Origin: the human T2T-CHM13v2.0 reference genome, Homo sapiens
NCBI RefSeq assembly: GCF_009914755.1
Contig: NC_060938.1
Length of the DNA: 64,000 bases
Strand: one strand, 5' to 3'
Shown: positions 57,854 through 64,000 of the stretch, one piece after another
How the letters are laid out: every line of letters begins with the position of its first letter
Numbering within the stretch: position 1 is the first letter of the stretch
Notes under the pieces: model-generated
What the model saw: only the letters and a program-made list of their open reading frames with translations
Told to the model about the DNA's origin: nothing
Database searches by the model: none
Made by a program: the position numbers and the translations under genes

Positions 57854-60308
57854 TGTATTAATCTGTTCTCATGCTGCTAATAAAGACATACCTAAGACTG
57901 GGTAATTTATTTTAAAAAAGAGATTTAATTGATCCACAGTTACACATGGCTGGGGAGGCCTCACAATCATGGTGGAAGGCGAAGGGGAAGCAAGACACGT
58001 CTTACACAGCATCAGGCAAGACGGTGTGTGCAGATCTCGTGGGACTCATTCACTATCACGAGAACAGCAGAGGAAAGATCTTGCCAAATGATTCAAATTC
58101 TCCCCACTTGGCCCCTCTAATGACACTTGGGGATTATTACAACTCAAGATGAGATTTGGGTGGGTGACACAGCCAAACCTTACCACTCTGCCACTGGCCC
58201 ATACTAAATCTCATGTGCTCACATTTCAAAACCAATCATGCCTTTCCAACAGTCCCTCAAAGTGTTAACTCATTTCAGCATTAACTCAAAAGTCCACAGT
58301 CCAAAGTCTCATCAGAGACAAGGCAAATCCCTTCCACCTATGATCCTGTAAAATCAAAAGCAAATTAGTTACTTCCAAGATACAATGGGGGTACACGCAT
58401 TGGGTAAATACACCCATTCCAAATGGGATAAATTGGCCAAAATGAAGGAGCTACAGGTCCCATGCAAGTCTGAAATTCAGTGGTCAGTTAAATCTTAAAG
58501 GTCCGAAATGATCTCCTTTGACTCCATGTCTCACATTTGGGGCATGCTGATGCAAGAGGTGTTTTCCCATAGTCTTGGACAGCTCTAGCTCTGTGGTATT
58601 GAAGGGTACAGCCCCCTCCTGGTTGCTCCATGCAAGTTTGAAATCCAGCAGGGCAGTAATTAAATCTTAAAGCTCCAAAATGATCTCCTTTGGCTCCATG
58701 TCTCACATTCAGGGCATCCTATGCAATAGATGGGATCCCACAGTCTTGGGAAGCTCCATCCCTGTGGCTCTGCAGGCTATAGCCACCTCGCCAGCTCCCT
58801 ACTACCAGCTGCTTTCATAAGCTGGCATTGAATGTTTGCAGCTTTTCCAGGCACACAGTACAAGCTGCAGGTGGGTCTACCATTCTGGAGTCTGGAAGAT
58901 AGTGGCCCTCTTCTCACAGCTCCACTAGGCAGTGACCCAGTGGAGATTCTGCATGGGGACTCACGCCCCATATTTCCCTTCTGCACTGCCCTAGCAGAGG
59001 TTCTCCATGAGGGCCCCGCCCTGCAGCAAACTTTTGCCTGAGCATCCAAGCATTTTCATACATCTTCTGAAATCTAGGCGGAGGTTCCCAAACCTCAATT
59101 CTCGACTTCCATGCACCCACATACTCAACATCACAAGGTAGCTGCCAAGGTTGGGGGCTTCCACCTTCTGAAGCAATAGCCTGAGCTGTACATTGGCCCC
59201 TTTCAGCCAGGGCTGAAGTGGCTGGGACACAGGGCACCAAGTCCCTAGGCTGCACATAGCATGGGGACCCTGGGCCCAGCCTATGAAACCATTTATTTTC
59301 TCCTGGGCCTCTGGGCCTGTGATAGGAGGGGCTGCAGGGTAGTTCTATGATATTGCCTGGAGACATTTTCCCCTTGGTCTTGGGGATTAAAATTAGGCTC
59401 TTTGCTACTTACACAAATTTCTGCAGCCAGCTTGAATTTCTCCCCATAAAATGGGATTTTCTTTTCTATTGCATTGTCAGGCTGCAAATTTTCCAAACTT
59501 TTATGCTCTGCTTCCCTTATAAAACTGAATGCTTTTAAGGGCACCCAAGTTCCCTCTTGAATGCTTTGCTGCTTAGAAATTTCTTTTGCTAGATACCCTA
59601 TATCATCTCCCTCAAGTTCAAAGTTCCACAAATCTCTAGGGCAGGGGCAAAATGACACCAGTTTCTTTGCTAAAACATAGCAAGAGTAACCTTTACTCCA
59701 ATTCCCAACAAGTTCCTCATCTCCATTTGAGACCACCTCAGCCTGAATTTCATTGTCCATATCACTATCAGCATTTCGGGCAAAGCCATTCAACAAGTCT
59801 CTAGGAAGTTTCAAACTTTCCCACATTTTCCTGTCTTCTTCTGAGCCCTTCAAACTGTTCCAGGCTCTACCTGTTACCCATTTCCAAAGTCACTTCCACA
59901 TTTTTGGGTAACTTTTCATCAATGCCCCACTCTACTGGTACCAACTTCCTGTATTAGTCTGTACTCATGCTTCTATTAAAAACACACTCAAGACTGGGTA
60001 ATTTATAAAGAAAAGAAGTTTAATTGACTCACTGTTCCACATGGCTGGGGAGCCCTCACAGTCATGGTGAAAATGAAGGGGAAGCAAGATACGTCTTACG
60101 CGGCAGCAGGCAAGAGGGTAAGTGCAGGAGAACTCCCCTTTATACAACCATCAGATCTCATGAGACTCATTGATTATCACAGGAATAGCACAGGAAAAGA
60201 CCTGCCTCCATGATTCAATTACCTCTCACCCAGTCCCTGCCATGACACATGGGGATTATTACAATTCAAGGTGAGATTTGGGTGGGAACACAGAGCCAAA
60301 CCATATCA
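57854..60308 (-). mobile_element. THE1C-like MaLR provirus: LTR 57854-58185, internal region, LTR 59950-60308
   Basis: TGTATTAATCTGTTCTCATGCTGCTAATAAAGACATACC LTR; THE1 internal ORF remnant (59293..59853). Confidence 0.92.
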
Positions 60309-60660
60309 ACATGTATAATATGTTTCTGTAGAACTCTAAATAAGTTTATCATTACCCAAATTTAATCAATAAAAAGGAAGTCTTACCAATATGACTCTAA
60401 TTTTATTATGTTTGCATATATTCTTAAAATAACCTTGCTGCATATCACTTATTGTCCATTCATATTTTCACTTAATTTGTATTCCAATGACTAAATCACA
60501 TACAGAGGTGTTTTCAATAATTTCTGTCATATCTAGAATATAAAATTCTACATCAGCTAGCTTAGCCACAACACCCATCAGATAATTTCCAAGTGATTTA
60601 TGATAAAAATTATTTTAATATGCAGTTTTCTGAGACCTACCGTAAGTTGCCACAGGCCTA

Positions 60661-60687
60661 CTATATCTATATCTATATCTAGCTATC

Positions 60688-60729
<42 letters not shown>

Positions 60730-60740
60730 AGAGAGAGAGA
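60661..60740. repeat. Compound (CTATAT)n-(CTAT)n-(AG)n microsatellite
   Basis: About 10 perfect CTAT units at 60690-60729. Confidence 0.92.
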
Positions 60741-60869
60741 CTCCTCTTTTTTGCCATTATGTGTAGACTTCCTAATGGAATTCTGTATATGTTTCCCTCA
60801 GAAATATGCTAGTGATATCTTCTAACAGAAAAGTGCAGAGTGACACACTATGAATGTCATGAGAAAAAA

Positions 60870-61102
60870 ATATGGTGGTTAGAAGCATGGACTCCAGAGA
60901 CATTCTGTTCTTAGTCCCAACTTCTTTGCACACTAAGTGTGTAACACTGAAGAAGATGCTAAAACTCTCTTTGCCTCATTTTCTTCGTCTGTAAAATGTT
61001 ATCTTGTCACAATTTAATAATATGTTATCTCCCTCAAGTACACAGTGGCTAGCATATAACAAGTTAAACGTTTGTTGAATGAGGGAATAAATGAATGAAT
61101 GG
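60870..61102 (+). mobile_element. MIR followed by an L2 terminus
   Basis: CTCTTTGCCTCATTTTCTTCGTCTGTAAAATG MIR core; TTTGTTGAATGAGGGAATAAATGAATGAATG L2 tail. Confidence 0.75.
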
Positions 61103-61959
61103 ATCAGGAGTAGTCAGCAAGTGTTTGGAGTGATTATACACACTAGGAAATATGAGTGGAACGAGTAGAAACTGTGAATGTTAGATGGAGTTTTAACAAT
61201 TATAATGCTAGTAGGAATCTACTTGCAATGTTGCCCACTATTGAACCCAGCAGAGCTTATATTAAATGTTGGCCTTCTTTCTGGATATCTACCTGGAACC
61301 TTACCCATGTGGTTTTCTCAGCTTATTTTCATTCAAGCTGAAACTTCATCAGCTTCACACTTAATATAGGTGCCTCATAGGCTTTCAGTAAATTTAAGGT
61401 AATTTATGATTTCATCTTTCTCAAGTAATTTTCAATCAAGTAAAGTTATCCAACAAGACTGGAAGTTGCACATGGAAACATTTTATTTTAAGGTTTCATT
61501 AGTATGCATAAATTCACAGCCCCTCCCAATCTCTATCCATTTTTGCAAGTAATTGAAAAAAAGTGACTCAACATATGTGGATACCAGTTTTTAGGTTAGC
61601 AAATGGGGCATGGCATTTTAAGTGTTTTAAATGTGGAACGTTAACTGTGTTATGATTTAATGTTTAATAATGAACTTGATTCTTCTTTTAAAATGAAGAA
61701 AATATCCTGTGGTAAATGTGGAAAAAAAAAACAACAACAGAATAATGCCATAGAAAATACATTATCATATGAGGCAGAACATCTGTTTTCCAGCCCCTTT
61801 ATTCATTACCTGTGGGTAATGAATTTTGCTTAATTTACTTGGCCTCAGTTTCTACATCTGTTGAACACAGAAAATAATTATGTGCATAAACAAAGGCAGA
61901 AGCTTAACCAAATCCTTTCATTCACTTACTATCTACTAAGCCCCTATAATATGCCAATG

Positions 61960-64000
61960 TTAGACTTTTTCCTTGTCCTTTAGCTGTTTGTACAAGACCC
62001 CACATAGGCACAAACTGGAGAAGAGCACTGTGTGCAATCATGGTGGGTGGCATGGTGCGTGGTCACTTGCTCATGCAGCTACTTGGACATCTAGTCTTGC
62101 CTGGACTCAATCCAAAGGTACCATTTCCATCTTACAATGTACTTCTGCTGAGAACATCTGACTTTGACTTGCCAAGTCTGACAGAATCCAGCTCATAATG
62201 GACATTTTCAGATGCATGGTCACTTTGGGTTTACTCCAAGGTCAACCATTCTGTCTCTGCCAGGGCCGAGTAATGTCAAGAGCTGTTTCTCAAAGTATAT
62301 GTAATCTCAAAGTGTATGTAATCTCTACATATGTAATCTCTTCCTCAGAGTGTATGCAATCTCTAGGTATAATGGCATGACCCTGTTCTAGAATTCCAGG
62401 GGCCTGCACTGAGTTCTCTTAATGGGGATTGACATAATCTCCATATGGCTTCCTTTTTCACTATTGGCATCCCTCCCCCCACCCCCCAACTATTATACAT
62501 CTTGGTGTATAGCCTTTTTCCTTCCTTATAAGAACCAGCACCATAGAGTCTGCTAGGTCATATAGTCCAAGTGGCAGGACTGGTGCACTGAAGCCTGGAA
62601 TTTCTGCAGAGTCATTTTCTGCTCAAGGCTGGACTTAAAATTGACAGCCTTCCCTGTCACTTACTATTACACCAAAGCAATAGTTCTAGATGTGGAATGT
62701 GCTGCATCCAGAACTCGGAAAATACCTACTAGGTGCAGTGTTTCCATTTTTGTTGTAGGAGATGGAAGATTCAGCAATTCATTTTACTTTGGAATAGATA
62801 CCTCAGAACACCTCTGACCACTCCATCCTTAAATTTCACAGAAGTAGCAGGTCCCTAACACTTCTTAGGGTTTAATCTCCCATCCTCAGAGTAGAAGTGT
62901 CTTACCAAAGCCTTAAGCATACTAGTTCACCTCTTGCCCATCTTCTCCAATCAATATAATGTCATTGTTGTAATAGATCTGTGTCGTATTCTGTGGAATG
63001 TTCATGCAGTTCAATTCTCTTTGGACTATATTATGACAGAAGCAGGAGAGGTAATATATCACAGCTACAAAACTGTAAATAAATACCGTTATTTGTTTAC
63101 ATAAATGAAAATTGTTCTGATCTACTTTTCTAAGTAAAATTGAGAAGAATGCATTTGCCAAATCATTGGCCACATGCTATATACCTATGACCTTAATAAT
63201 GTGCTCTAGCAATGATACCACATAAGCCAGTGCACCTGTGACCTAGATTACTACTTGGCTAAATCTGCTGTAGTCTTCAGTCATTATTCAGGATGGGGTT
63301 TATGCAGAGACCAAACTAGTAAAACAAGTAGAGAAATGATAATGACTACTGCAACTACATCTTTTTTGTTTTTAATAATGGCACTAAACTCCCTCCAGCC
63401 CCTACCATGAGTGCTCTTATCCAAATGACCAAGGACCCAATGTGGGTTGTTCCCACTGACAAGTATATTAATTCCAATTATGTACATTCAGCAATTAGGA
63501 AAATGACCACTGAGCAAGTCCTTTGACCGAGTGGCCACATTGTGACCTGGACCTTATCCAGGATTCCATGAAGGTCTGCTTTCTAAACAAGGTGCCAGGA
63601 CACTTTGGGTGTTTAAGCTCCACCAACTGGCCTCTATTTATTTGGGATTCCATTATTCCATAGATGTTGATGAGCCCAGCTCTTTGACTATCTCTCCTAT
63701 AATGAGTCAGGGATAAGTAGGCCAGCCACCACTGAACTTCTTAGTGATCTTGTGCCCAGTTTACTAATTTATTCCATATGCCCTGGGTAAATAAGGTATC
63801 CTCTGAGCTTTTCTGTGGAACATAATCTTCTGATGGATCCTTTGTCTTAGATAATATATCCATTTCAGCAAGCCCAATTCCCTCAGATCATTCATTGCTT
63901 CTTTCACCATCTTCCAGGGAAATGGGATTTCCACTTTGCTGAGTGTTGGACATAGCCTTTTCCAGACTTCTAATGGCCACTCTAGGAGAGAGTTTCCCTA
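61960..64000 (-). mobile_element. Degraded ERVL-class internal region (gag-pro-pol), running off the window end
   Basis: ORF 62922..63173 has DLANAFFSI...CHNIVQRELN...IPQNTTQIYYNNDIILIG, matching ERVL RT with a decayed YIDD; gag-like sequence at ~63600-64000. Confidence 0.85.
62291..62363. repeat. Four imperfect ~17-bp tandem units
   Basis: Core TATG(T/C)AATCTC repeated four times. Confidence 0.8.

Noticed and set aside
56347-59853. Many 100-186-aa ORFs in GC-richer sequence
   Set aside because: All lie in THE1 internal regions; decayed MaLR sequence rather than host genes.

Overview
Human genomic DNA: the window carries a pre-Ta L1HS with the human-specific ACG/G diagnostics. It is AT-rich, has no CpG island and no intact protein-coding gene. 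Roughly half is transposon-derived: seven Alus, four primate L1PA/L1HS insertions, three long ancient L1MC-type elements, three THE1 MaLR proviruses, two MLT2 solo LTRs, an ERVL gag-pol remnant, MER53, and L2/MIR fragments. Nearly all long ORFs in the track are repeat-derived. Three things stand out. (1) A chain of AG/GT-bounded, largely phase-compatible minus-strand segments in unique DNA (44247 to 553) begins with a signal-peptide-like ATG exon and looks like a decayed multi-exon gene for a secreted or membrane glycoprotein; I cannot name it and it is inferred by eye. (2) A young inversion-plus-duplication at 53.65-55.33 kb flipped a THE1D 5' LTR and left a ~306-bp inverted repeat with about 4 differences. 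(3) Several insertions preserve their mechanism: a twin-primed pre-Ta L1 with a 3' transduction, a nested inverted L1 with a multi-kb deletion, a THE1D with extra PPT-side sequence, and a 182-bp templated insertion. Subfamily names come from recalled consensus motifs, not from a database search.
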